Under the pieces are notes generated by a model. It made no database searches, was not told where the DNA came from, and worked only from the letters and a program-made list of their open reading frames with translations. Below are positions 52,324 to 64,000 of a stretch of DNA of 64,000 nt, one piece after another (within the stretch, counting starts at the first letter, position 1; the number at the start of each line of letters is the position of its first letter). This DNA comes from Adineta vaga (Eukaryota > Animalia > Rotifera): contig CP075495.1 in NCBI GenBank assembly GCA_021613535.1, positions 6,882,001-6,946,000 of the forward strand. Reading direction: 5' to 3'. The position numbers were made by a program, and so were the translations under genes.

Positions 52324-55300
52324 ATGTCGATTCAGAATCAATGTGTTCATTATGATATTCCTGACCAAAAGTCATCGTCATCTTTAAGTGCGAATGGAGG
52401 TAATGAAGCGTATGATCCATTTACTGTTGATGATGATGATGAAAATGAAAATGAACAGTTATCAGAAATCAAACATCAAAAACAAGAATCTATTCGGACG
52501 AACAATGGGTATGAAAATTTGTTTTTTTTATTGTACAAATTCTTGATCGTTTATCTTATGCTTTAGAACTTTATCACGTCGTATAATTATTCTTTCGAAT
52601 CCAGCGTCTAATTCTGATAAACCTTCGTCAATACCATCAAATGAACAATCATCACGACGTAGAAGTAAAAGTCCCGAAGACCATCACAGAAAACATTCCG
52701 ATCGTCGATCAAGGTGAATATTTGAATAGAGTTTATTTGATCTGAAGAGAGTATATCCTTGGGATATTCAACACATTGATATTGAAAAAATGAAAGTAGA
52801 ACAGTTCATCGAAAACGTTTTTTTTTCTTTCATTTAAGATCACCACATCATCGTGATCACCATTCTTCCGATCGAAAACGTCTTCGTACTTCATCTCCTA
52901 ATACATCTACATCCAATACAGTGAATAATAATGACTCATCCAATTCTGAAACGATCTCATCATCAAAATATCGTAGAACTTTTCGAAATGATAATCGAAC
53001 TGACTCAAAACAACAATATCGACAACGATCACCTGTAAATTCTTCATCGTCAAAACTTCCATCAACATCAAATAATAATCATAAGAAACTATCGAGTTTT
53101 CGAGACGAAAAATCTTCTGATCCATCTGATAGTTCTTCAAATCGTCGTTCTTCGAAGAGGGATGATTATCATTCCTATCGAAATGATTCATCACGCAATC
53201 ATCACTCATATTCATCATCAAAACATTCTTCTCGTGATTATCCATCATCATCACATCAATCATCTAATGATCGTCGAACTCTTAGTTCAAAAGTGACTGA
53301 TGTATCTCGTCTTTCTTCAACAATAATACCATCTGATGAACATTCATCTCGTCAACATGAAGAATCAACTCAACATCAAATATCAATAGAAAATCGTAAG
53401 CGTGTTCATACACCTTCAGAGAAATCTTCTCAAAGGAAATCAAATGTTCTTGTATATCCTTGGAAGAAAAGATTACATACAGAATCAGCACATATTAAGT
53501 CAAATAGTCGTTATCGATCTGCATCTAGTAGAATCATTCAGAAAAATACTTCGAGAATTAGATCGAAATCGACACGTAAGTTCTGCTAATGACAGTAGTG
53601 ACAAAATTTATCGCATGATTACAATCAAAATTACTAATAAACAGCATGAAAAACTAAACTAGATCGTATTAAGAGAAATTTAAACGTTAAACATATTGAA
53701 GTTGATATCTTGTAATTAAAAATCAAGATAAACAGTAACTTAATACATTAATGAATTTGATAGATTTTCTAAAGAATGATTACATTGAGCTAAACTAAAT
53801 TCTTTAGAAAGCATGAGCAAGTATAAAAGTTAAATCAACATTATTTATTTCAAATAATTTGAACAATGATCCAATGAATTAAGTATATAAAATCTGATCA
53901 GCATGATGCGTCGTATCTTTCTATTCAAAGATCAATTCATTTTATTATATAATTTTATAGGAAAATCTCCTGAAACAAAATTAGAATCGGTTAAACCATC
54001 ATCTACTTCGACTGTTTCTACCAAAGTTGAATCAATCAATACTAACGGTTCGTCGAAGTCAACTGAACCATCAACAACTAATGGAGATGCAACTAGTAAT
54101 ATACTCATGGAAGAAATGTTGCTTGAAGAAGAAGAAGAAAAGAAACAGAGTTCAGCTAAATCTATTGATCTCAATAGTCTAACTATACCTGACACTTCGA
54201 CGAAAGAAGTTGATACGAACACAGAGCCAGTAAAAGCTGAAACCACAGCTACAACTACAGCAAAAACTTCATCAGTACCAACTGCTACAATAGAAGCATC
54301 TGCTACAATAGAAGCAACAACAACAACAACAACAACAGCGACTACCTCAGTATCAATGACTACCACGACAGTTGCAACTACCACTCCTGCTCCTTCGCTA
54401 ACTCCATCACCGACAAAAAAACCATATACCTTGTACAAAGTCCCTCATACAAATCATACGACACCTCCATTATCATCACGACATAAGAAACAAGTTCAAA
54501 AAGAATTATCCAATACACGTAAGTATTTTAATCAATTTTTATTTCAACTGAAAAAGAAAATTTTTTCTCTTTCGAATTTATTAGCATCTAACTCAACGAG
54601 TACTGCTACCGCCAATAGTACTACAATAGTATTAACTACTAGCAAAGTATCGAGCAAAACTAATTCTCTTCGAACTTCTCTGGATGAACGTATATCAAAT
54701 CTATTAGGTGTTTCAACAACTTCACCTAATAAAACAAATTCATCTACAGATCACAATTCTGATTCTCAAATCAATCCTTCTCTCCCAATAACATCGACAC
54801 CGAGTGATAAAAGTACTGAAAGTCCTCAAGATGTGAACTCATTAATTTCAGCAACAGTTAAAAAAGGAAATGAACAAATATCTTTTACCGAACAACTTCA
54901 TCTTCCTGAAGAACGACGTTCAACAACATCGAAACATTACACATCTGAATGGCTTGCTTCACAGAAACCAGAAGAGGCTCAACTAGGTAAATCAATCGAT
55001 ATAATTCTGTTTGAAATTCTTTCTTTTTTTTTCATTTTAGAAGAAATACCTGTTCCACAATCTCTGATTATCTTACCCACATTAATTTCAAGTCAATTAT
55101 CTATAACTACTAGTTCAGGCGAAACAACGATGCTTGGTAAACTTTCCGAAGCTATGAATAAATTACTACAGAAAAAAGTCGATACTAATGGTAAAACGAT
55201 ACGATGAATTCTTCTTTTCATCTTAATAAATAATTATTTCATCTTTTGTAGCTTCAACAACTATTGAGACAACAGAAGAAGCAGTACCGATTTCTGCTAA

Positions 55301-55705
55301 ACATCTTGAAAGACTTGAACGAGTATATTAATCTATGATTTTTGGAGAAATCGTTGTAGTTATATGGTTTGTTTTTCTATTTTCAGAGGAAAGAACGTGA
55401 AAAACGTCAAAGTGAAATTGCAGCAATTGCTAAAGAAGCCCTAAAACCAGCATTTCGAAGGCATGATATTACAAAAGAAGAATATAAAACAATAATGAAA
55501 AAAGTTGTAACAAAAGTATGTAAAAATCTTTATTAATTTGTCCATAATTTCAAAAAATTCATTCTCAACATAGGCAACATATGCAAATGAAGTTGATCGA
55601 ACACGAATAAATAAAATGGTTCATGGTTATGTTAAAAAATATCGTACTGAACATGAACAAAATACTTCAAAAATTTCTACAAATTTAAATGGAATTGGTT
55701 CATAA
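52324..55705 (+). CDS. PHRF1/SCAF11-like C-terminal part: YDPF motif, S/R-rich region and C-terminal Pol II CTD-binding (SRI-like) domain
   Basis: ATG lies directly after the acceptor at 52323; AYDPF; RS-rich exons; final exons encode EALKPAFRRHDITKEEYKTIMKKVVTK...INKMVHGYVKKYR. Confidence 0.75.
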
Positions 55706-55983
55706 AGGAATACGATTTATTTGTTTGCTTTTTTTCTGTAAAAAATTGTTTCTTTCTCTTTTTTTTTTGTCTTATATTAATAATTCTTACTTGAGTTTTT
55801 GTTTTGTGCATGTGTGTGCGTGTATATTCGTATGAGGATAGGAAAATTTCAAGACAAACAGACAGTGATTATGTTTTGTCCTCATTTATTCTTCCTATTT
55901 GTGTGCTTTTTAGTTACTTGATCTGCGGTGGTTGTCTTGTTTAACTAATTTTGTTTTCTCTTCAATATCTTTATTATATTCAA

Positions 55984-56010
55984 ACACACACACACACACA
56001 CACGCACACA
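55984..56010. repeat. (CA)n microsatellite
   Basis: acacacacacacacacacacgcacaca in the 3' region of the PHRF1 C-terminal part. Confidence 0.9.
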
Positions 56011-56348
56011 TGCATATCAACCTGGTTTTCTTTTCTGTTCTTCGTTTCTTTTTTATTATTATCTTTAAACTGTTCTAAAAAGGCCAAAAGAAACAACGAT
56101 CAATTAATATGAGTATGACATATACATATATGTATAGCATATGATATTCTTTCTTTCTTTTCATTCCATAATGATAGAACTTGCAAACAACAAATCGATA
56201 GATTATCGAACAATGTTTCATTTTTTGTTTTCATTGAAATCCAAGGAGAATTTGCTGTTAGATCGCATGTGTATTCTGTAATGAAAATTTCTTTTTACTA
56301 GGATTCAGTTTGACAAAAAAAAATTGTAATCAAAAACAAATTATTTAG

Positions 56349-57329
56349 ATGTCGTTTACAATAACTGCTCTAATCATTGGAACTATTGGATTGATTTATA
56401 AATTTCGTGAACGTCTCGGTTTTCAAAATGGTCGTTTATCACGTCGATATAATCCGAAACCGAATACTACTTTAACACCAATGGGTTCAGATCAATTTAT
56501 TGAACTTTCGTTTGGAAAAGTTCATTATATCTATCATTCATCAACAATTTCGTCAACATTAAATATATTTGTTCATGGTTTTTCTATTCCAATGGAAATA
56601 TGGCAAGATGTTTTTCAGTCATTCGTAAATGATAATCAGCCATGTTTAATATTTGATTTATACGGACGAGGATGGTCTGATGCTCCTGATATTCCAATGA
56701 ATGTTGATTTATTTGTTTCACAGTTAGCTGAATTATTATCTGCATTAGAACTTTCTCATATGAAATATAATCTCTATGGAGTTAGTATGGGTGGATATAT
56801 CGTTCAACGTTTTACTGAACTTTATCCATCGAAAGTTTCCAAACTTATTCTCTGTTGTTCAGTTGGACTTAATAATCCAAAACCAGCTCCGATTTTAATG
56901 TCGATTTTATCCATACCTATTTTCGGTCCATTAGTTTTTAAAATTGTTATGCAACGTGGTGATAGTCCACGAATACGTTCACAATGGGCGTATCCGGATT
57001 CAGATAAATATAAACAATATTTAAATTTATTCTTACAAACTTGTCAACAGCATGCAGGTTACTTACGTTCATTACTTTCAACAATATTATATCTTGATTT
57101 TGAATCTGCATTGAAATCTATTGAAAAAATCAATCAATTAAATATACCAATTTTAATTATTTGGGGTGATAAAGATACGTTAATACCGGTAGAAAATGCT
57201 TATCAATATAATCGATCATATAAAAATTCTTCATTAATAATTGTACCTGGAGCAAATCATAGTTTACTAATTGAACATTCTAAAGAAGCCATCGACGCAA
57301 TAAAAACATTTTTAAAAGAAAAAAACTAA
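56349..57329 (+). CDS. Alpha/beta-fold hydrolase, intronless, with N-terminal hydrophobic anchor
   Basis: VHGF oxyanion motif, FDLYGRGWSD, GVSMGG nucleophile elbow, IWGDKD (Asp), GANH (His). Confidence 0.9.
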   Translation: MSFTITALIIGTIGLIYKFRERLGFQNGRLSRRYNPKPNTTLTPMGSDQFIELSFGKVHYIYHSSTISSTLNIFVHGFSIPMEIWQDVFQSFVNDNQPCLIFDLYGRGWSDAPDIPMNVDLFVSQLAELLSALELSHMKYNLYGVSMGGYIVQRFTELYPSKVSKLILCCSVGLNNPKPAPILMSILSIPIFGPLVFKIVMQRGDSPRIRSQWAYPDSDKYKQYLNLFLQTCQQHAGYLRSLLSTILYLDFESALKSIEKINQLNIPILIIWGDKDTLIPVENAYQYNRSYKNSSLIIVPGANHSLLIEHSKEAIDAIKTFLKEKN

Positions 57330-58089
57330 AATAAACTTCACCTTTTTTTATATATTTGAATTACTTCATCCTTTTTTTTCTACTTTTTTCTCTCATAATT
57401 AATAGTCAAACAAAAAGAACTGATCTTCTCGGAGCATGTTTCTGTCATTTCTTTTTCTTCGGCATGTATTAAGAATTATCATAATGACATACTATTCATT
57501 ATATATATGTTTTCATCTAATCATCGACAAAGAGGTAAGGCTATTCTAGTTTAAAATGTTGACTATGATGATTAGATTAATTAATGATCAATTAAGTACG
57601 AAGAATGGTGTTAGTTTTACTCTAAAATATCTTCATTCAAGGTTAGCATGTGTAATACTTGTCATATATTCAGTTTTTGACAAGTTCATATATACAGGAA
57701 ATCCGTTTAACATACTAGAAAAGTCATCCATCTTTCTCCATTGTTTTAATCTTTTCAAAAAAGAAGCTCAGAATAAATAAATATGCAAGAAATATTACTA
57801 ATTCAATGCAGAAGTCTAAAATATCGAAGAAATTAGTTGACGGAAATGGATTTTGGTCGAGTTTTTTCTATGAATTACAAAAAAGAAAACAATTTTTCGA
57901 CAAGTTATTCCTCATGGAATATAAAAATTTATAATACATTTATCACCATAAACTAATAGAAAATATCGTCGAAATTTGATTAGAAGTTGTTAATGAATTT
58001 TGCCGACGAAAAAATAAATTGTCGTCTAAAGTATTTTTTTTCTCGAATGATGATGTTGACGATGATATGATTGATTTAGAATTGAGAAA

Positions 58090-58114
58090 AAGAGAGAGAG
58101 AGAGAGAGAGAGAG
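58090..58114. repeat. (GA)n microsatellite
   Basis: About 12 AG units. Confidence 0.9.
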
Positions 58115-59965
58115 AAGACAAATGATAAATTTTTGTCGTATACATTCAAAAAGATTCATATGTCAATGAAATCAGATGAATATGTATATACATCCAGTCG
58201 ATTAATACCATCTGGTTATAGGCGATTAATAAGAAAAAATGGATGAAAATGACAACAGCTTTTTCGGATAAGAAATATGACATTTTAACATTTTCATAGA
58301 AAGATGATCAGACAAATCTTGTTGAATAGACATCTGTATGTTTGTTGTTTATTTCTATGCGATGGGCTTCTGCGTAGAAGGATAAGGAACGTATAGTGAA
58401 CGAGAAGATATTACCTTTGTTATTTTAGTATTAGTCTTAGTAACGAATTGTTGATTTTATTCCTTTGACTGAAAAGAAATCACTCATCAATAACTAATTT
58501 CTAGTGACAAGAAAATAGAGAATTACTTGAGTATTTTTTTCTCGTCTTCATTGTGACTAGTTATATGTTTGAATACAAAAGAAGAATGTAATTAAATCAA
58601 ACAAGTAAACAATCTAGTAAAAAGAGAAAAAAGAGAAAACTCGGATAATCCCATAAATGTCGTCATCAGTTTTTTTTGCTTCTATTTTTTCCTCTTCCCT
58701 TGCATTCTTTCTCTTCTTTCTTTCGAATGACAACACACGGCAGGCACATTCATACTGATGATGGTTATCATTCGTTCGTACTTCTTCATCTTGACAGAAC
58801 AAGTGACTTTGTTATATGAGATTTTTTCTCTTCTGTTTATATATCATCAGTAGAAATGTCATTCAATTCTTTATGACAGCTCCAAACAAACACGAAAAAA
58901 AAAGTCTCACATCCCGTCTTTATTAATAATGAATGTACTCGAGAAAACCATCGAAACTTCATTTTTACCTTCTATTTTTTCTTTCTTTCTTTCTTTCTTT
59001 CAAGTTTCTCTATGTTTTGAGAACTGAACGAGCTATTTTATTAAAAAATATAGCCAACGTTCATTACAGATGTATTGTCATATTTCTATGACATGTCACG
59101 GAAATTGTTTTCTTCGTTCTTTTTCTTATTTTTTTTTTGCTGTCTGATTCAATGAATACATACATACATACATAGATATATATATATTTATATATATGAC
59201 ACTCATCGTTACTTGTCAAAACCGTTTTAATGTTACTACATGCATTAGGTTTTTTTTTGTATTAATTTTATTATTCATTCGTAGGATGAGGGATTTTTGA
59301 GCTTAATCGAGTAGACTCATGAAATTTGACGATCCGATAGAACATGTTATTGCGCTTATTTTGTATTTTCTTTTTTTCTTGTCTTTCTCTTTCGTGCATG
59401 CATTGTTTATGTGGACGATCTTGTTTTATATGCTTGAAGACAAATCGGATGATCGCTTATAGGCTACCCCATACTTAGTCGAATGAATGAATGGAAGCAA
59501 AAAAATAAGAAGAAAAAGTCTAGAGAACTATAGTTTTTTTTCTTTACATTGAAAAGATTGAGCATTTTTCTCTTCGTCTCTTTCTCTCTGTCGTTTTTCC
59601 TGATTGAAGATGCTAAACAAAAAACAGAAACAAAATTCAATCATTCATCTATCATTGTCCTTTTTTTCTTGTTATAAATACGCGTCTTCAAGCAATCTAA
59701 TCACACAGATACTTGAGAAAATTACTACGAGCAAAGAAAATCATAAAGCACATTAGATGGTTTCGATTAGTTAAAGTATTACATTTGAGAATAACTCTGG
59801 TTAATAGTCGGAAAGATGCGTGTGTGTATATATATATAACTTATAAATAGAAAGCTAATAATAATTTTCTTGATGATTTAGTACTAGAACAAATGGTCAT
59901 TTGTTCGTTGTAATTTACTTCGGGATGATATATACCATGCTTTTATCTTATTTTACAGATTGACA

Positions 59966-60287
59966 ATGGAACAGACAGATACAACAACAACAACAACTGC
60001 GTCCAATTCTTTACCTCCTGATTCTGATCGAATGATCGAAATACGAAGAAGTCAAATCAATTTATTAAGTGGAACTATTGATGAAGCAAATTTTTATATT
60101 AATGAGGTAAGACTTTTAATATGTATTAGAAAATGTAATGGTACAATTGCGTAATAAAGAAAATTTTGATAAGCGAAATATGTTGTCATAGATACATTTT
60201 TTTCCGTAAATGATAAAACTAGATCCAGTTTAATATTCAAAGTATGAATGTTTATTTCTCTAGGAAATTCATTTTATCGAATATTAA
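59966..60287 (+). CDS. Possible small orphan protein (~54 aa) or first coding exon of a larger gene
   Basis: TATAAATA at 59673; acceptor at 59958; exon 59966-60106 (MEQTDTTTTTTASNSLPPDSDRMIEIRRSQINLLSGTIDEANFYINE) with a strong GTAAG donor; the nearest acceptor (60263) adds EIHFIEY-stop. Confidence 0.35.
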
Positions 60288-60510
60288 TCAAGAAATCTTC
60301 TATTTTATTCAGTAATTTCCTTTTTTTTTTATATCGAAAGAGTTATTTAAAAAAAGAATATTCAAATGTATACGTAGATGAATATCTTTCGTTATGTCTA
60401 TATTGTATCTGTATACCATAGATCATTCTTATCTTATATCATCCTCAAGATTTTGATATCTATATTTACATATATGCAAACTAATCTTTGATAAGGAGCG
60501 TTTCTGAAAC

Positions 60511-62253
60511 ATGTTCTATGCGATATGCGTTTTCATTTTCCAATGGCTTCTTATATCTACTGTGAATTCATCGTTTACAACAAAACCAGATACATGGGCA
60601 GCATGTGATAATTTAGGACGTGTATTACCTACTTATGATCAAGTAGGAGATATTAGACCAAATAAGTTCATTGGAATTTTCTATTTTCTTTGGGCTGAAA
60701 ATGAAGCGGGGTATAAAACAGGTCCATATGATAATACAGAAATATTAGCAAAAGCTAACGGAAGTTTAATCAATGCGACTTGGGGTCCGTTAAATAGTTT
60801 TCATCATTGGGGTCAACCCTATCTTAATTATTATCTCATGGATGACGAATTTGTAATTAGAAAACATGCTCAGATGCTAGGTGATGCTGGTGTTGATACG
60901 CTAATACTTGATGCTACAAATGCATTTACATATGATAATATATGGTCAAAAATCGGTAGTATTTATATGGATATGCGTTCGAAATCAATACGTACACCAA
61001 AATTTTGTTTCATAACATGGTCATCAAGTGAACAAACAGTTCGACGATTGTATGACTATTTATATAATCAAAATCTTTATCATGACTTATGGTTCATGTG
61101 GCAAGGTAAACCACTTATATTTGCCAATCCAACTGGTTTTCCATCTGATTTATTGAATTTTTTTACTATACGAGAATCATGGGCATGGACGCAAGGTCAA
61201 GCATGGTATGGTGATGGTCGTGGTAAATGGCCATGGATCGATAATTATCCACAAGGACGTGGTTTAAGTGAAGAAGGTCAATTAGAACAAACTTGTGTAA
61301 CAGTTGCTGGTCATCCTGTCATGAATATTGGTCGTTCATTCAATGGGCTAACTCAACATGAACCTGACACAGTTAATCCATTGAATGGTACATACTTTTC
61401 TCAACAATGGGAACAAGCATTAAAAATAGATCCATCATTCATATTTGTAACGGGATGGAATGAATGGATTGCACAACGTTTCGTACAAACAAGTGCAACG
61501 AATTCTTTTATTGGAAAACAATGGCCCATAGGTACTACATATTTTGTTGATGAATTTATTGAAGAATATTCACGTGATATTGAACCAATGTCGGGTGGTC
61601 ATGGAGATAATTATTATTATCAGTTGATCAGTTATATTCGACGGTTTAAAGGCATGTCTAAACCAGACATCATTTCGCAACCGAAAACCATTCAAATCAA
61701 TACCGATTTTACTCAATGGAATAATGTGACACCTTCTTATCTTGATGATTTATTCGATATTCCATTTCGTGATCATCCACGATATGGTGATCAAGGCGGA
61801 CAATTGATTGATCATAGTCAACGTAATGATTTAGATACAATGCAAATAGCTCGTGATAATCTCTATATCTATTTTCATTTACGTACAAATGGACAATTGA
61901 TACAAGGGAATAATTGTACGTGGTTATTTCTCAATACGGATAATAATTATTCAACAGGTTGGATTGGTTTTGATTATTTAGTTGATTTAGGTGAAAATCA
62001 ATTGAAGAAGAATATCAATAATACAAGTCATTGGCAAAATCAACAGTCTGTTTATATTGTCAATAATAATTATGATGAATTACATTTTGCACTTTCTCGT
62101 CAATCACTTCAACTTAATCAAACAGGATTTCATCTACAATTTAAATGGTTTTCAGCTGATTTGCTATATACAATTGATCCGCTTAATTTCATTGATAAAG
62201 GAGATTCAGCACCCAATGGTAGATTTGCATATACATATGTGGCTAATAAGTAA
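60511..62253 (+). CDS. Secreted bacterial-type glycoside hydrolase (GH99/GH71-like TIM barrel plus C-terminal beta domain), intronless
   Basis: Signal peptide; IGIFYFLW, HHWGQP...YY...VIRKHAQMLGDAGVD, GKPLI, FVTGWNEW, EYSRDIEP, YYYQL motifs; 580 codons with no intron. Confidence 0.8.
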   Translation: MFYAICVFIFQWLLISTVNSSFTTKPDTWAACDNLGRVLPTYDQVGDIRPNKFIGIFYFLWAENEAGYKTGPYDNTEILAKANGSLINATWGPLNSFHHWGQPYLNYYLMDDEFVIRKHAQMLGDAGVDTLILDATNAFTYDNIWSKIGSIYMDMRSKSIRTPKFCFITWSSSEQTVRRLYDYLYNQNLYHDLWFMWQGKPLIFANPTGFPSDLLNFFTIRESWAWTQGQAWYGDGRGKWPWIDNYPQGRGLSEEGQLEQTCVTVAGHPVMNIGRSFNGLTQHEPDTVNPLNGTYFSQQWEQALKIDPSFIFVTGWNEWIAQRFVQTSATNSFIGKQWPIGTTYFVDEFIEEYSRDIEPMSGGHGDNYYYQLISYIRRFKGMSKPDIISQPKTIQINTDFTQWNNVTPSYLDDLFDIPFRDHPRYGDQGGQLIDHSQRNDLDTMQIARDNLYIYFHLRTNGQLIQGNNCTWLFLNTDNNYSTGWIGFDYLVDLGENQLKKNINNTSHWQNQQSVYIVNNNYDELHFALSRQSLQLNQTGFHLQFKWFSADLLYTIDPLNFIDKGDSAPNGRFAYTYVANK

Positions 62254-63377
62254 TAAATCAATAGACAATGAAAAATCGATTTTCTATAAATGATGTCAGA
62301 AAAAATAAATATCAATCATCCATTAACAGTCGTTTGTCTTTTTGTTAATCGAATATGAGAGTTTTTCTTTTAGGTTTATATCACGCTATAACAATAATGT
62401 CAGTCGCTCGATATACGATATAAGATGAACGTGCTCAATGTTAAAATCAAAGTCGTTCTTTTTTTAAGGTCATAATTGCGTTATTAACGATGAGCCGGAA
62501 ACGACTACCACTCCTACTGGCATCATTGTTGTGCATTGATGAATCCGTTTTTTTTTCTGCAATTAATGAGCTTCGAAAAAGCAAAAAGAAAAGATCATCT
62601 GCATACATGCATTTGTTGACGTAGGACAAGATATTATTTACGGTAACACTGAACCATTTTTTATATTTTTGTTTAATAGATATCCAATAATGTAGATATA
62701 TACATAGAGGAAAAGATTAGCCTATAGTAAGCATTAGCTTGTTTTGTATACATTATCAGTTTTTTCGTAATCTTCTCTTCTATCCGAAATCTTATATCAT
62801 TTTATTGGCAGCTATTTCCGCTCGTCATCTAGTCATAGATTTGTTTTGTTGATAACATCTCTCGTTCCTACCATCTTTCGATGTCTGCGACAATTTCTCT
62901 TATTTTTTGATTATGCCAATAACACGGATGTTCGCTGATTGATGGTTCGATTGAGAGGTTTCAAAGAGAGTGCATCTATATATATATATATACAAACATA
63001 TTCGCACTAAATACTACTAAACGTTTGGTCTCGTGTGCAAAATGTGGTAAAAAATGCTCTCTTTTATATCTGTCTATTTTATGTGGACCTGCTCGGTTGT
63101 TATTCTAGCCTGATTTATGCATATCGAGTTATTGTTTCTGTCCCATTTTCTCTTGCTCTTCTCTATCGTAACTCCTTAGATATATATATATACAATCTCC
63201 TTAGTAGTTTGCAGTCGTTCCGCATGTAACTGGTGTGTTCTTTTCAAGATGCAACGATGAGAACGATGACGTGCATATTTTATCTATCTAAGATGTGCTC
63301 TTACGTCTCTCTTCTTTTTTGACGTGACAGAAACGATTCTATGTGAGACTTGTTTTTTTTATTTTTTGTGCACATAA

Positions 63378-63397
63378 ATATATATATATATATATAT
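63378..63397. repeat. (TA)n microsatellite
   Basis: About 10 TA units. Confidence 0.85.
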
Positions 63398-64000
63398 ACA
63401 GACAAATTCTTTTTCCACACATATGAATATATACGAGACATACATATATATTTATATCTATATATAATATTGATTGATTCACCAAATCAGTTTGTAATCG
63501 TGCTAAATAGAAGAAGTGTCGATAGAAAAAACAGTGAATCTGGTAAAGTAGGACTGATACGATTGAAGAATAAGAAGTAGCAGTAGCAGTTATTATTGTA
63601 AAGAACACGCATCAAAGCATAAAATAACAGAAGACAGGAAATGTGTGAGATAGATAAGCAATGTAAACACAGTAAGAAAAAGAGCATATAGTTCTATCAA
63701 ACGACCTCTAATACATCTTTCGGAAATAGATATATTATTATCATCGACGTCACTTTTATCTGTCACCACCCTTCTATCTATTCCTACAAATTTCACTTCG
63801 AAAATTTACAGATCTTTTCTTTCTCTCATTCTCTTATTAGAGAATATTACAAGAAATGTATGCTAACGCGCGCATATACACCGTCTTTTAAATTTGTGTC
63901 TCTGTGGATTTGAGCGTTCCGTCAACGGTTGTCGTTCTCTTTCTCTACTAGTTCTTCTTCTTCTTTTTCTTTGGCTTCGTCTTCTCGTTTCTTTTGCACA

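Noticed and set aside
52907-54438. Antisense ORFs (118 and 168 aa) and similar shadow ORFs elsewhere
   Set aside because: They are mirror frames of S/T-rich + strand exons.
57400-59600. Possible transposon or ncRNA in long intergenic tracts (also 12.6-14.1, 17.2-18.8, 33.7-36.2 and 62.3-64 kb)
   Set aside because: No transposase or reverse transcriptase ORF, terminal inverted repeats, or tRNA/rRNA-like sequence was recognisable by eye; short MITEs cannot be excluded without a repeat library.

Overview
AT-rich eukaryotic (animal) DNA. Genes are compact, with many ~50-65 nt GT-AG introns. Typical metazoan genes sit alongside intronless or intron-poor bacterial-like enzymes, which strongly suggests a bdelloid rotifer (Adineta/Rotaria-like; inference). 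Manual splicing gives about 21 gene models, 20 on the + strand. In order: DIS3L2 3' part; an S/T/Q-rich orphan; a small Zn-finger protein; two tandem PWWP genes sharing a near-identical 448-bp tract; a tau/MAP-like gene; an AA15 LPMO; NSE4; ATF7IP; GAPVD1; a coiled-coil orphan; a non-metazoan-type GT2 glycosyltransferase; a PIN/NYN-like + C2H2 gene (the only - strand gene); a Notch with only 7 EGF repeats; a class A GPCR; a 67-aa K/H/R-rich protein; PHRF1 apparently in two parts; an intronless alpha/beta hydrolase; a small orphan; and an intronless bacterial-type GH99/GH71-like glycoside hydrolase. Best leads: (1) the domain homogenised between the PWWP paralogs matches the motif spacing of a catalytically dead DNMT3/DNMT3L-like methyltransferase fold; (2) gene organisation looks like trans-spliced operons, and PHRF1 appears split into two cistrons; (3) the mini-Notch has clustered CSL sites in an intron; (4) candidate HGT carbohydrate enzymes have GATA-rich upstream regions; (5) there is a protamine/H1-tail-like basic microprotein. 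All exon coordinates were read by eye and may be off by a few nt; no database searches were run.
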